A DNA stretch of 35,980 nucleotides from Rotaria socialis (Eukaryota). Both the position numbers and the translations under genes were made by a program. Positions 10,472 through 22,774 of the stretch are shown piece by piece. The DNA lies in assembly GCA_905331295.1 (NCBI GenBank), contig CAJNYD010000112.1:1-35980 (forward strand), in the 5' to 3' direction. The number at the start of each line of letters is the position of its first letter. Positions within the stretch are counted from its first letter, which is position 1. The notes beneath the pieces are model-generated. The model did not search any database. It was not told the origin of the DNA and saw only the letters and a program-made list of their open reading frames with translations.

Positions 10472-13400
10472 TTATGACCGTTGCTGATGCCAACATTTCT
10501 GATGAAGGAGATATTAACGTCGTTGAACTACTACAAAAGTGTCATTCATATCATGTGAAGAAAATTAGCGATAAACAGCTGGATACGAAAGTCCGTGACA
10601 TTCTAACAGTGTGGAGCCGATGTGCTATTGTTTATCCTCCTCATTCTTCTGTGCAACCTGACTCACTTGACGCTGTGTTTAACACAATCACAGACCAACA
10701 GTTGGACACAAAAAGTCTCATTCGTTCTCTTCTCGTCGACAAAACGTTCAAAACCTATGTTGTGGATAGTCTCAAAAGATACCACGGTCTTCACGATATC
10801 ATGACACTATTACCAAAATGTCTCGACGTCAGTATGCAAACAGTAAATATCCCCTCTAAGACCACTAATGATTTTAATGCACTGATCAAAATTGTTCGAA
10901 GTGTTACGTCGCGAGTAGTTCTAGTAGCAATAGCCGAATCAATGAACGATGATAGTCAACGTTACTTGGCGAATTTTATCAAGAAAAATGATTTACCAAT
11001 TCCCCTCTCCTACTATACATTCAATGTGAAGGAACAGCAGATTGAATACATTATTAATTTCAACTTGATCGCAGAAATTCTGTGTCTGACGACTGATCGG
11101 ATGCTACTTCAGATAGGAAGCCCTTCTGCCATCAGGCAAGGCAAATCGAGCCTGTTACCATACATGTGTTTGGATAAAAGACGTGAATCTGGCAATACCA
11201 CTGGAAATGCGTCGTTACGGGCTGGATGCCTCGATGTTCTGTCGGGAATAATTAGGAGCTGTGATAAAGTTGAACAAGCATATTCGCTCTTCGATCTTCA
11301 TGGCACAGTTTGTAAGGGAATAAATGATGACTTGGTGCGTGCCATTCAGCATTATGCTGCCGTCCTTATTTTATATATCACGCTCGACGATTTGGAATCA
11401 GATGTTTTGTCATCACTATTTTCTGATATTCACTCGCAACCGATCATTGTCGTCGTTTTTGATCCCGATTTTGACGATCGTAACTCGGAATCAAGACTCT
11501 TACTTGTCAGCCGATGCAAAGAGGGCTTGAAACGATTCTTACCTACAATTACCATGTCATCTATTGCTGTTGTACTTGCTCCCTGTGCTTCTTTATGGAT
11601 ACAAGAGTCAGAGAATCGAGACTTTGATGAATCTCGCCGGGCACAGCTCTTGCGGCAATCGTTCTTGGATGCTTTTTCTCAACTGGAATCTGGAATTGCA
11701 CAACGCCAGTCACTTTTCCGCTCTTCCTTCATGATTCAATCTCTCTTTCTAGCTTATCGATCAAATAATGGTCGGGCGAATACCAAGATGCTCTCATTTG
11801 CTGCAGAAAGAAAGCTGAAACAGTTGCTTGAGAAGTATACTGATCAAACAGATAATCTGCTCATGGCAACACCCGTGAGTTATTTACAAGCCAAAATTCG
11901 CACTACGGAGAAACAACTGACTATGGATACCGAAGAGGACATGAGATCAGTTGCCGACACCCAAAAGCAACTAAAAGCACAGCTAAGAAACATTACATCA
12001 GTCTCGGCGCCTACTCGTTTCTTTATTGAACTGTTGATGCAAGGAACGTTCGTTGAACTACTCGTTGTTGAAAAATATTTGGACACTTGGAGATCAAAAT
12101 ACGAACGTCCGCTTCAACTAGATATGTCGAATATCAAGCAGCGCGCTATTGAATTTGCAAATGCCATCAAAAGATGTGAAGCCGAACAACTGGCAATCGA
12201 GAAACAGTCGCCACCCGACCCGAATGACGAAGGAAAGCGTTTAGATCTTGCAAGATGTCTGCACGGTGCTAAGCAGGAATTTGCCAAAATCCACCACGAA
12301 GTCGAAAAGTTGGAGAAGAAGCTCATGAATATTGATTTGACAGTTGGCTTGTTTCTTGATGAGATTATGGCCATATCCAACTTCAATCCGACCCTGTTCG
12401 CCACTGAAAATAATCAGAAGATCATAGATCGTCTGGCCGTCTGTTTTGTAGACTTGATGAATCGTGGCATTGCCCTACACATATTACGTGGGCGCCCACT
12501 ACAGTGTCACAGCCCTCTACTAACCAAAAGTATTCAAATTGCGGGTAAAAATGCTCGAAGTGCTCCATGCGTTGTAAGTGTCATTGGTGAACAGTCATCG
12601 GCAAAAAGCTCTTTGCTAAATACATGTTTTGGCACAAATTTTCGCGTTAGCTCCGGTCGATGTACCATTGGCATTTATGCTAGCGTCGTGCATTGGGGAG
12701 AACTTAGTGTAGTCCTACTCGACACAGAAGGCTTGTTATCCGTAGAGGAAGCAAGTGCCCTACTTGATAATCAGATCGTCACTATGGCCATGCTTTCGTC
12801 CCACTTAACGATCATCAATCACAAGGGTGAGTTCAGCACGATACTCAGCTCTCTAATCGGCATGTCACTCTATGCGAAAGTACAAATTAAATCGGCTATG
12901 AAACCAGCTCTGCTTTTTATCCTTCGTGATCAATCGGATACAACAGATGAAACAAAGCGCAAACACTTTCTGCCTCAGCTCACAAATCTCAAGCAAACTC
13001 TTCAAAGTGACGCTAAGTTCCTCACTACTTCAATCGACGATGTTATGGAAATCAATTCGAATGCAGTGATTTTGCTTTCCAATGCGATTGTCAAAGATAT
13101 TGATGCAAGAATGGGCATCAATCAGAACTACCGAAATAAAAGTTTTCCAATTGAAATTCAAGAGCTTCGACGCACGATATTTGCTTCCCTGGAATTATCG
13201 TCGAAAAGTAATGTCTACAGTGATTTCGACAATATGTCATTAATGTTGGCAAGCAATTGGTCAGTTATTGACCGACTAGGACCTGATCTCTTGTCGTGCA
13301 AAAGTTTAATCGAATTGACGCGCATGACTGAAGTACAAAGCATAGCTGTTGAGATCCTCAAACTGGCTGCCGCATCTCTCAATGATCAATTTGAGAAATT

Positions 13401-15630
13401 GGTTGAACGCAGGCTAAAAGAACTCGAACCGATCAAAATGACAATGGCATCGATGAACACTGCTTCTATGAATTTTCAGATGGACATTCAGACGACCGTG
13501 AAATCTATACAACAGCAGGCTCTAAAAGAATTTGCACAAAAGACAAACAAATCATACTATTCTACCGATGTGAAAACACAATGGGAGCGCACAATTGTTT
13601 CGTCTCTCAAAGGTCTGATTGAACAATGGAATTACATCTTTGATAATCGTCTACAAGCAAGCTCTCAGGCAAAAATTGTCAAAGAAGTCGAAGATACGTT
13701 GATCGCTCGAGCTGAAGAGCGTTTCAATCAGGACAAGCCGCCCAATGTTGAGCAATTGCGAAAAACGATGAAAGAAGAAATTGAAGAACTCCGTATTATC
13801 TCTCAAAAAAACCAGCAAGCCCTCTTTGAACAGCCTGATATAATTACTGAGAAGATCATACGCCTCTACAATTCGTGCCTCCAGTTGCACAAACATGAAT
13901 GCGGCCGAGAGATTTACAATATTTTACCATCAATGCCAGTCACCGATTTCATACAGCATAGTGAAAATCTTGCTAATGTTGGACGTCTCCTTGAAGATTT
14001 TTTGAAGAAATCAGGAGGCAAAATAGGAATCCGTCAACGGCTTTTGAATTTTGTTAGATCCTCCAATGAGTTGGACAGCATGTGGCGCTCATTTGAAAAC
14101 AGGATTCAATGGTTTAACAGTTCCGAAGTATCCAAAAATTGCCAAATCCTCATTGGAATAGCTAATGAGGTTCTTCCTAAGCTGCAAGGCGACCTTCGTC
14201 AACTGATCAAAGTCTCTCAGCCCATATACAACAAGACACACGTGATGGAACAAGCCATTGATATGATGGAGGGAGCAATGAGGATGCGAGAAGTAGCTGA
14301 CCACAAAAAGCATCTCAACCGCAATATTTTCGTAGCCGACTTGGCTGTGATAGCTCTACGCCTTCTCGTCGACGAATCGATTAATGTCGGCCAGCAGTAT
14401 TACAATGAAAAAATGGTTGAGTTAGAAAACCGCATTAAATCCCTCAAAGATAGTGTCGACAGGCAAATATCTTCGATGGAAGATTCAAGTAAGCAAGGTA
14501 ACGAGTTGGCAACGACAGTGACCAGCGCTCTATTTAGAGAAGTTCGACGGATTATGAATGCCAAAATTACATGTGACATCCGTCAAGCTGTGACAGCATC
14601 CGACCATATCATTCACGAAAATGTTCAAAACCAGGCCTACACATCCAGTTTCACTATGGCCAATGCGGAAAACATTCTTAAGTATGTGACCAACATCAAC
14701 CTATATTTTCTCGAAGTGAGTTTGGACTCGATTCGAGCTATTTTTAATGCCGTCATACACAATCAAACAGCACAGCTCGAATCACTCCTTAATACACTGC
14801 TCGGCGATATAAACAACGAAGTCAATTCAAATTCGTGTAATAACTATGCAGAAGTAAACAAAATGATTGAAGAACGCGCTAATAAATCGTTCATGGATAA
14901 TACCAAGGGCCATACGAATGTAAATTTTAAGTTTCCAGCGGCTCTACCTATGGGTATTCCCAACAGCGATCGTTTCAAATCGGCCTTCAGAATCATTCTT
15001 CAGACCTCCTCTGAAATTCCTGGCAAGGTCACCTCGATTATTGCTTCTCTACGCGGTGCAGCCTTTGATCAATGCGTGCGAGCTATACAGCAGAAATTAG
15101 GCTGTAATCAGTGTTGCCCCGGATGTGGTTCAAAATGTGAGGTGACCACAGATCATGAGGAGCGTATTGTTCCTCGTATGCCGCGCCCAGACTTTGACCA
15201 ACCATCAGATGCAAATTCATCTCTTCAAATTCACAGAACTAAGCATCACTTGGCTGCCTGTTTCAAAGGAGGGCACTATTACAAAACAAATCAACCTCTT
15301 CTGAGTAAGTGCTACCAACAGTGGACAAGTGGACGGGTGCAATTAAGTGATACCGAAATTGTAAGCCCAAAATCCCTATATTACAACCACTTTCACGCAA
15401 CTTGGTATGATAATCTGACTCATCTAGCAGAGAAATCCAGCGATCGAAATGCTGAACATGCTGAAAATGACCAACGTAGAGCTTGGATGCTCGTCCGACG
15501 CTTTATCTGTCAAAAGTATCAACTGAATGACTATTCGGATAGTGAATATACACAGTTCCCAGAACATTATCCCATGGTTGAATCACTCCCACCTGATTTT
15601 ACGATCAGTTGGAATGACACTTCGTTGTAA
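10472..15630 (+). CDS. Very large inducible GTPase (VLIG/GVIN1/URGCP-like); predicted exon 2
   Basis: 1718-aa ORF. G1 region VSVIGEQSSAKSSLLNTCFGTNFRVSSGRCTIGIY, G3 LLDTEGLLS, DNQIVTMAMLSSHLTIINHKGE, LFILRD, an upstream URGCP-like GKSSLL motif, coiled coils, and the C-terminal Cys/His cluster GCNQCCPGCGSKC...H...HH. Acceptor CCTATTTGCAG ends at 10471. AATAAA at 15784. Confidence 0.9.
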
Positions 15631-16217
15631 AACTCTTGCTTTGGACCGACTGCTCAGAATAGCTGCTTGACTCTTTCTTTTCTTTCGTTCTTTTAAACTG
15701 AGAAATTTTCGATTTCTGCATTTGACCTATGATTGTTCGAGGATGCTAAGTGTCCACTCCTATTTTAAATGCCTTGAAATTATAATAAAATTCGATGGAT
15801 CAACAGATAATCAAGTTAATCAACTATCATAGAACACTGGACAGAATCCCCTAAAAACGTGTCTCATCTGATCTTATTTTGAAAGATGGCCGGTTGTTAG
15901 AGCAAATTAAATACATTAAATCTAAGCAAGACTCGACTTTCTATCGTGTGTTCTGCAAGAGTTAGTAGCATTTTACAGGACATCAAGAGATTGCTTGCAT
16001 AAACGAATTTTGGATAAGCCTAGAATCTGAAAAGAAGCATCTTTTCGTATAAAAATATATGGCTTTCACGAAATAGCAAGGTAACCTTGATTCTCTCGTC
16101 ATTCCTAACATTCTCATCTGCTAATATCTGCACAGACCTTCACTGCATTGAACGTTGAACACTAGGGGTGGACAATTTTTTTTAACGGAACTTAATTAAT
16201 GACTTCCATTAGCCATT

Positions 16218-16272
16218 AGGGTGTGCGGGTGCGGGTGGGTAAAGAAGAAACGCACACGCACACCCACACCCT
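16218..16272. repeat. Telomere-like hairpin repeat copy
   Basis: AGGGTGTGCGGGTGCGGGTGGGT-AAAGAAGAAAC-GCACACGCACACCCACACCCT. Confidence 0.8.
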
Positions 16273-17193
16273 TCTCTCATTTATACTAAAATTGATCAAT
16301 CAGCTAATTAAATTGTAGAAATGATACAGAACAGTGAACAACTGCGACCAAAGGATTCTTTTGTTAGAGTCTATGAATGACGTCATATGGTCATCTGGAT
16401 ATAAGACCAATCCGATTCTCAATACTTTCAACTAATGTTAAAAATCAATAATCAAAATGTTAATATCAAATATATATTCTATTTTTAATCGAATGATCTT
16501 CTATAGATTTGTACATCTTATTGAAAAGTAAAAATCATTTTTCTAATACTTATTTTCGTCTATTTGTAAAAGAAAATTACGAATAAACCTAAGAATAAAA
16601 ACAAATTTTACCCAAAATAATTAAATTAACTTTGAAGAACATTATTGTTCACGTGCGCGTAGTTCTTTAATTTTATTTAGTATTTTAACTGATAGACCTA
16701 ATTTAATGTTCATAGTGTGACGTAAATCTTCCTTCTCTACCAGCAGCAGTGCTTTGCCATCAACTTCATTTTTTTTAAAAAGCTTCATCAATTGTTTCAT
16801 TTACTATTGGCTCAATAAGGTCTGGAACTTTCCCAATGATTTATTTGTTTGGATGACTTGGTAATCCACTATTTTCTTTTTCTTCCTCGTCATTATCAGC
16901 AGTCTAGCATGGACTGATTCCTAATGAAAGTGCTCACCTAGCGACCACTCAAAAAGTACTCACGCCAGAAAATGCTGCGAGAACTCATGAGTACTGGTGG
17001 GCTTGAGTACTCATCAGTAGAACTCGTTGTCAATTTTTGGATAATACCGATCGTTATAATGCTCTAATTGGGCGACATGAATCAAAAACAATATCAGTTC
17101 AACTAACAGCTTTAGCTATATAAATACATGTCGACTTAAACATGAACTCTATTTCTACAGATTTAAATCAACGCCTTGACATACAGAAAGAAA

Positions 17194-17265
17194 GCGTGTG
17201 GATGTGGGCGAGTGTAAATTCCTTTAGTACATCCACACCCACACCTACACACACCCTCAAGATAG
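17194..17265. repeat. Telomere-like hairpin repeat copy
   Basis: GCGTGTGGATGTGGG...CATCCACACCCACACCTACACACACCCTCAAGATAG; the 3' end matches the copy at 32468-32537. Confidence 0.75.
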
Positions 17266-17746
17266 GTTATCGCTGTGCAAAGGTACAGAACGAAGAGTTT
17301 CTCTCTCTGATAATGCTTCGTAAATTTTTCTACTTCATCTAATGAGAGTGAATGGATAACGATTATTTGCTAATAGGCTGATAAATATAGCTTCTACATG
17401 GTCGTAGGAATGTTATATTCGGAAAATAACTCGAATGTGTTTCTTCCTTCACAACAGAAATATCATGACGACCATGCATGTAGCTTATCATTGGTTTTTC
17501 CCAATCTTTCAATTACGTGGACTTACTACCGTGTACATTCAAGATTAGTAAAACTATTTTACACGGCGAGAAAGTTAGATGAATAATTTCAATAAAGAAA
17601 TATATTATGCTGGAAATTTCATTTTAAAACGACTATAAATAAGCAGTCATCTCTATCATTATAATTTCAATACATCATCTACATTCAATTGAATATATAT
17701 TTCAACGATCTGACAACAATAGAATCATCTTTTCTATATTGACAGC

Positions 17747-18063
17747 ATGAATTCTAAACAACTATTGCTCGTGTTACTGTTCGTATCCTTCATCGTGTTT
17801 ATGACTAAAGCTGAAAATTCAAGCGATCAAGATTCAAACAACGGTAAGTAGAAAGATCTCAATCATTGGTATGAGACATATCGATTCTAAGTCTTCTTTG
17901 TGTTATTACAAATGAACTTGTACTAGGTGGCATTCGTGATTTTGTTTGTGATCCATACAGTAGCGATGATAGAATGAGATGCATAATGTACTGTGAAAGA
18001 AGAGGATGCAGATATGGTTACTGTAGAAGATACAATGGCGAGTATCGTTGTAGATGCGAATGA
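17747..18063 (+). CDS. Secreted cysteine-stabilised alpha-beta (CS-alpha-beta) defensin-like prepropeptide, 77 aa, two exons
   Basis: Exons 17747-17843 and 17927-18063 (G|GTAAGT ... TACTAG|, phase 1) give MNSKQLLLVLLFVSFIVFMTKAENSSDQDSNNGGIRDFVCDPYSSDDRMRCIMYCERRGCRYGYCRRYNGEYRCRCE*. This is a signal peptide, an acidic propiece ending in R, and a C...CxxxC...GxC...CxC motif. TATAAA near 17634, AATAAA at 18140. Confidence 0.85.
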
Positions 18064-18798
18064 TGATTAATCTGTGGTGTTCTTTCAATTCAATTAACAA
18101 GTTTAAAAAAACATGGTTAATGTTTTGCTTCGTTAAAAGAATAAATACAATATTTAATTAAAATAAGCATCTATACATTCGATTTGACTGTGTGAATATG
18201 AGGGCTATTGAGGAAAAAGAACTTTTGAGTGAAAAACCGAAACTTGTACATTTCAGTGAAAAGCTAAATGATGCAAGGCAATTTCAACGGAGCGTCCCCT
18301 TGAGTATATTCAATTGTTGATGTTTAGTAATGATTCATTGCCACTATTATTGTATGTGACTCATGGTTTTCATTTGAAACACTATTTTTGAGTAACTAAC
18401 CCGGCATTTTCCGTTCTTTTCGAAATCTATTTGTTCGCAGTTGCTATTGGCGCGTTCATGCGTGCTTCACATATGATTAGTTTTATTGAGCAATCAAAAA
18501 ATGACGGAATTCACAATACAACCGTTTACCAGCGTGAATCGATACTGATGTGAACGCATTTGTTTGTATATGAACTCAAAAGCGCATCGATGAAAGTAAT
18601 ACCTGGTATTGCTTTTGAAATGCTTACCTAAAACACTCGCATCCGAATAGCTTGATTCCTCGATGGATTTGTGGAGCTACTCTCTAGGTGCTTTTCAATT
18701 GTCGCATTCATTCATCTATTTTATAGTTTTGGTGGAGCAGAGATGGCCGGAAACATTGTATCTTTTTGACCGCACGATTGAGTAAGGCAGACTCACTG

Positions 18799-18923
18799 CT
18801 CTCTATAAAAAAACGTGTCGTATTGAACCATTTATGGTTCAAGCGGAGGTCTAGAACTTTAAAAAGGTTCTGAAAAGGGTACCGAGAAAAGGTTCAGTAT
18901 GACACCTTTTTTTTTACAGAGTG
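18799..18923. mobile_element. Small MITE with CACT-type ends (125 bp)
   Basis: CTCTCTATAAAAAAACGTGTCGTATTGAACC pairs imperfectly with GGTTCAGTATGACACCTTTTTTTTTACAGAGTG. Confidence 0.65.
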
Positions 18924-19049
18924 TTGGTTCTTCTAGCAAAATAAATGATAGCACCAATGAAATTCAACATAATTTTAACATAAACTGAATACAGCACGGC
19001 AAGCATATTTGTCAATCTACAGAGTTTCAGTAGAAAACAGATAATAAAA

Positions 19050-19275
19050 TCCTAGGACAAAACTCGGCAATCGGATGTGTTTCAATTCGATGAATTCCGA
19101 TGATTGCATCCGACATGATTCCGATTGTCGGAATCCAATCGGATCTAAGTTAATACTCGTAACTTCGGCCTTATGGCGATTACCGAATCCGACGAAACCC
19201 GATGGCAGGACCCTATAGTATTCTGTTATCAGAATCCAGTCGGTTCCCTCCGTTTCTGGCATCTGAGAACTCGGA
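19050..19275. repeat. Degenerate TCCGA/TCGGA-rich transposon relic
   Basis: Dense ATCGGA/TCCGAT motifs, similar to 20455-20530 and 20861-21063. Termini not resolved. Confidence 0.45.
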
Positions 19276-20860
19276 TATTTTTTCCAAGGAACAGTTAAAA
19301 ATGTCTTAACTTTTTGTAAATATTGTATGTAATTGTAATTATTTTCGGGTGCTACAAAGCAAAAACTCTCTGGCTTCAATTCAGTCTTTAGAGACGTTAG
19401 TTGTACAAAAGAGTAAATTGAGCTAAATTTCGATAGTTCAAGATCCACTAGTCACTTTTATACGAAACTGCCGCGTCCTAAATTCTCTAACTCTCCCGTT
19501 GAAGAACGAAAACAGCAAAAGTAAAGGACAGATACTGCCGACGATAATAGCTTTAAATGGCAATAGCATTTCATAAGATACTATTATTCTGTTTTCTTTT
19601 TATTCACAACGAAAGGCAGTATTTTCTGATCAATTGAAACGCATTGGGAGTGCCATGTATTCTTTTATTAACATTGACTTCTTGCAACACAAAGTGCTTG
19701 CACTGAAAAAGAAAGGTTAAGTGGTATTTTACTATGCTTTAAAATGTTTTGTTCGCAAAAACGAAACGTTAAAAGAGTTTAGTATCATGTAGACTTTCGT
19801 GTGAAACCTTTTCGGATGTCAAAAAGTGAAAAGATTTCGTAAAATACTCCTTCAATTTCATTTCAAAACGTTATCATTAAAGTAAAAACACTTGCCTGAA
19901 CTTCATTTATTATATCATTAATTGTTTCACTGCTAATCATATTCCACATTGAGCAATATATTTTCGATAAACAGTAGTCATAACGAATCGAAATGATTGA
20001 AGTACTTAAGATTATCAAAAACAACGTACTGCACTGTAAGTTTTAGTCGCAATAAAAACTAGTCATGCACATTTTCTGTTGAGGAGCCCAAGCAATTATA
20101 TTCTCTTAAGCGAAGGAGTTAAACACAGTTACAAGAATATTTTGGGCGTTGGATTAGGACACAAGTGTTAAGTTACGGAGATAAATATAGAAAATGTGAT
20201 AGATTAAGTTTAAGGGGTTAACGCAGGTGATAGATTTATCCGTTCAAATTGTGCAAGCGCAGATCGAGTGCATTGTAATTGTGACGAAATTTCAGTTACG
20301 AAGCCAATTTGAATGTGAATTGAAGATGGTTGGGGGAAATCATATTTTTAGGAAACCTGTAAAAGGTTTCTATTTCGTTACAAATCTGTGAATCTTGATT
20401 AAGAGCCGTATGGCCTTTTCTTTCAGTGCAGATGGCGTGTAGAACCTTGTTAAAAATACGACCTGATCCTGTCGGTTCCCTTTATTTTTATTACATGATT
20501 CGATATGATCCAGTCGGATTCATTGGGCGGAACTCTTGCGCTGAACTATTTCATGGCCTAGATGCATTTTATCAGCCATGATATATTTTTAATAATCATA
20601 ATGATCTTCAAAGAATTTTTCTGCTATTGATCAGTGAAATAAAGTATCAGCAGAATTCAGTGCAAAGAAAGGTGGTTGTGTATAGTTCTTGGAAAGCAGT
20701 ACTGTCTTGGTTCGGAGTTACACTCTTTTAGATAAGGTAAGTCTTGATATGTATGGATGAAACTTCATAGCCATTTCGACAACGATTCAAGATATTTCGG
20801 ACTAGTTATGTCGTTTGTCTTCCTTCAGTTTCTGTTTAATCAGGTAAAAGAATCCAATGA

Positions 20861-21063
20861 CCTAGTTTCGATCCGGATTTCAGCGGGTTTGGTCGGAATT
20901 CGACGAGAACTGATAGGATTTGGTGAAAACTAAGCCGGATCCAGTCGGATTTTATATCGGAATCTGGGTCACTGGATTCCCAGTTACTTCCGATCGAATT
21001 CTGTCAGTATTAAGACGATCCGATAGGATCCGAATGCTCACCTTCGTCATGGGTATACTTGGG
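20861..21063. repeat. Degenerate TCCGA/TCGGA-rich MITE relic
   Basis: Repeated GGATCC/TCGGAAT motifs, with ends resembling CCCAG...CTGGG (CCTAG...CTTGGG). Confidence 0.45.
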
Positions 21064-21505
21064 TACTGATGCAATTTTTAAAAGCTCTAAGCTTTTGTGG
21101 GTAAAGCACAATAACTACTTTTATGTCCAACATTGAAATATGTTGAGTGATCCTTTTTACGCTGCTCTATAATATATTTAGTTTTACCTTGAGCGTATTG
21201 GTTGAATTGGCAACAATACACTGTACAAAAAGCGTAGAATAAAAAACGAAAAAAGGTTTATGAAAGTGCACTATATAACAAACCCTTAGGAGGGTTTTGT
21301 AACGATTTCTGATAGAAGAGATACCTGTGCTGATGGTATTACACTTTATTTAACTCTTCAAATCATAAATCGCCCCGATTACATATCAAACACACGGTTA
21401 AATTCTCAACCATTTGAGAGAACGAAGGAGAATGAGAGATAAAGACAAATATCAAGCACAGAAAGATAAAGGCAATATATGTGATGAGAATAAATGGCAC
21501 CTTAA

Positions 21506-22190
21506 GGGCCCTCGCTCAGAAAAGCCGATTTTTCAAAAAAAACGAAATCGAGTTTTTATCATAGAAAGATTCCCCGTGATCTCCTCTTTCAGAATATATA
21601 TAATTTTTTGAAAAAAAGGTTAAGTTTTGACAGACTTATTGAAGAAATACTCTTTCATCTCCCTTACTCCCACACACCTTTCTAAAAATTCCTAAATGTT
21701 GGTCTGAAAACATGGGTCTCAACTAGGAAAATTGTTATAACTTTCGTTTGCCTTTAGCTTTCCCTGATATTCTTTTTTTATTTTAAAGGTTTCAATTATA
21801 GCTAACTTTTTATCAGACGGATTTTCGATATTGGATTCCTGGACTGAGAAAAGTCCGATTTAGTGCGTTTTTTATACCTACTTTGGCAGTCATACGGAAT
21901 AAAATACTTTTAAAAAATGAGTAGAAGCGAATTTCAAAATTTTGTCTGATAAAAACTTGCGTATGGAGGCTAGCTTTAATTTAAAACCGACCCGACCTCG
22001 ATAGCTGTCATAGTCATGAAGTTATAACAATTCTCGTGGAAGTCACAAAACAAGTCATAAGTCTAGTTTAGTAAGGTATACAAGGCTGAAACTTTTACCA
22101 AAAGCGTTTCTCACTGTCACCATGTATCCCTGAAAGTTTCAGCTCAAACCTATGCTCAAAAGTGGCAAGTCGATTCTGAGGTGGGGCCCC
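21506..22190. mobile_element. TTAA-flanked non-autonomous DNA element (Kolobok- or PIF/Harbinger-like)
   Basis: TTAA|GGGCCCTCGCTCAGAA ... TTCTGAGGTGGGGCCCC|TTAA: an imperfect TIR with TTAA on both sides (21502-21505, 22191-22194). Confidence 0.7.
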
Positions 22191-22368
22191 TTAAGGCCAA
22201 ATACCATGCACAGGCCACACTCGAACGGGAACGTTACACTCCCGCGTGGAATTTAGACGCTCTCCGCATTTATCGTTACAGGTTAATTCAACGCGTCCTA
22301 TACCATGTCAAAATCCCTCTGGAAAACGTTGATGGTAGGGGTTTTCAAATTAAAAAACCTAAAATGAA

Positions 22369-22428
22369 GGGTGTGGGTGGGTGTGGGTGTGTGGGTGTAT
22401 GAACTTCTCTTTTCCCACACCCACAGCC
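22369..22428. repeat. Telomere-like hairpin repeat copy with G-quadruplex potential
   Basis: GGGTGTGGGTGGGTGTGGGTGTGTGGGTGT...CCCACACCCACA; five GGG runs. Confidence 0.8.
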
Positions 22429-22733
22429 TTACAATTTTTTTCAGGGTGGTTGCTGTTGGAGAAATGCTTGTTGTGGACACGTTTGGGCGGTGAAGATTTG
22501 GATTATATGTCCTTTTTCATGAGGCGTAGTTGTTTCGGTTGGCGTGCGTGTTTCTGTAGACTACAGTTGATTCATCTTGTGATTAAAGAACACTTGTATG
22601 AGAGATTTTTTATGAGTTCCTTGTCGTCAGAATCTGATGGAATCCGGTCAAATATGTGGTGAAGCCGTTGTGAACCCGGGGTCGTCCGGTAGTCTGGGTC
22701 GATCGGTTGCGACAATGTTCGGTTGTATTATCC

Positions 22734-22774
22734 GGGTGTGGGTGTACCAAAGGAATTTACACACACTCACACCC
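22734..22774. repeat. Telomere-like hairpin copy abutting the AtaL-like coding remnant
   Basis: GGGTGTGGGTGT-ACCAAAGGAATTT-ACACACACTCACACCC. Confidence 0.8.

Noticed and set aside
11880..14313. Antisense ORFs within VLIG (and within ART-TPR and the defensin exon)
   Set aside because: Shadow ORFs of real coding sequence with no independent motifs.
19017..19448. 143-aa minus-strand ORF
   Set aside because: Non-ATG start, and it overlaps a TCCGA-rich repeat relic; most likely spurious.
19701..20428. Possible CACTG-ended element (CACTGAAAAAGAAAGG...CCTTTTCTTTCAGTG)
   Set aside because: The TIR is short and imperfect and there is no TSD; not enough support.
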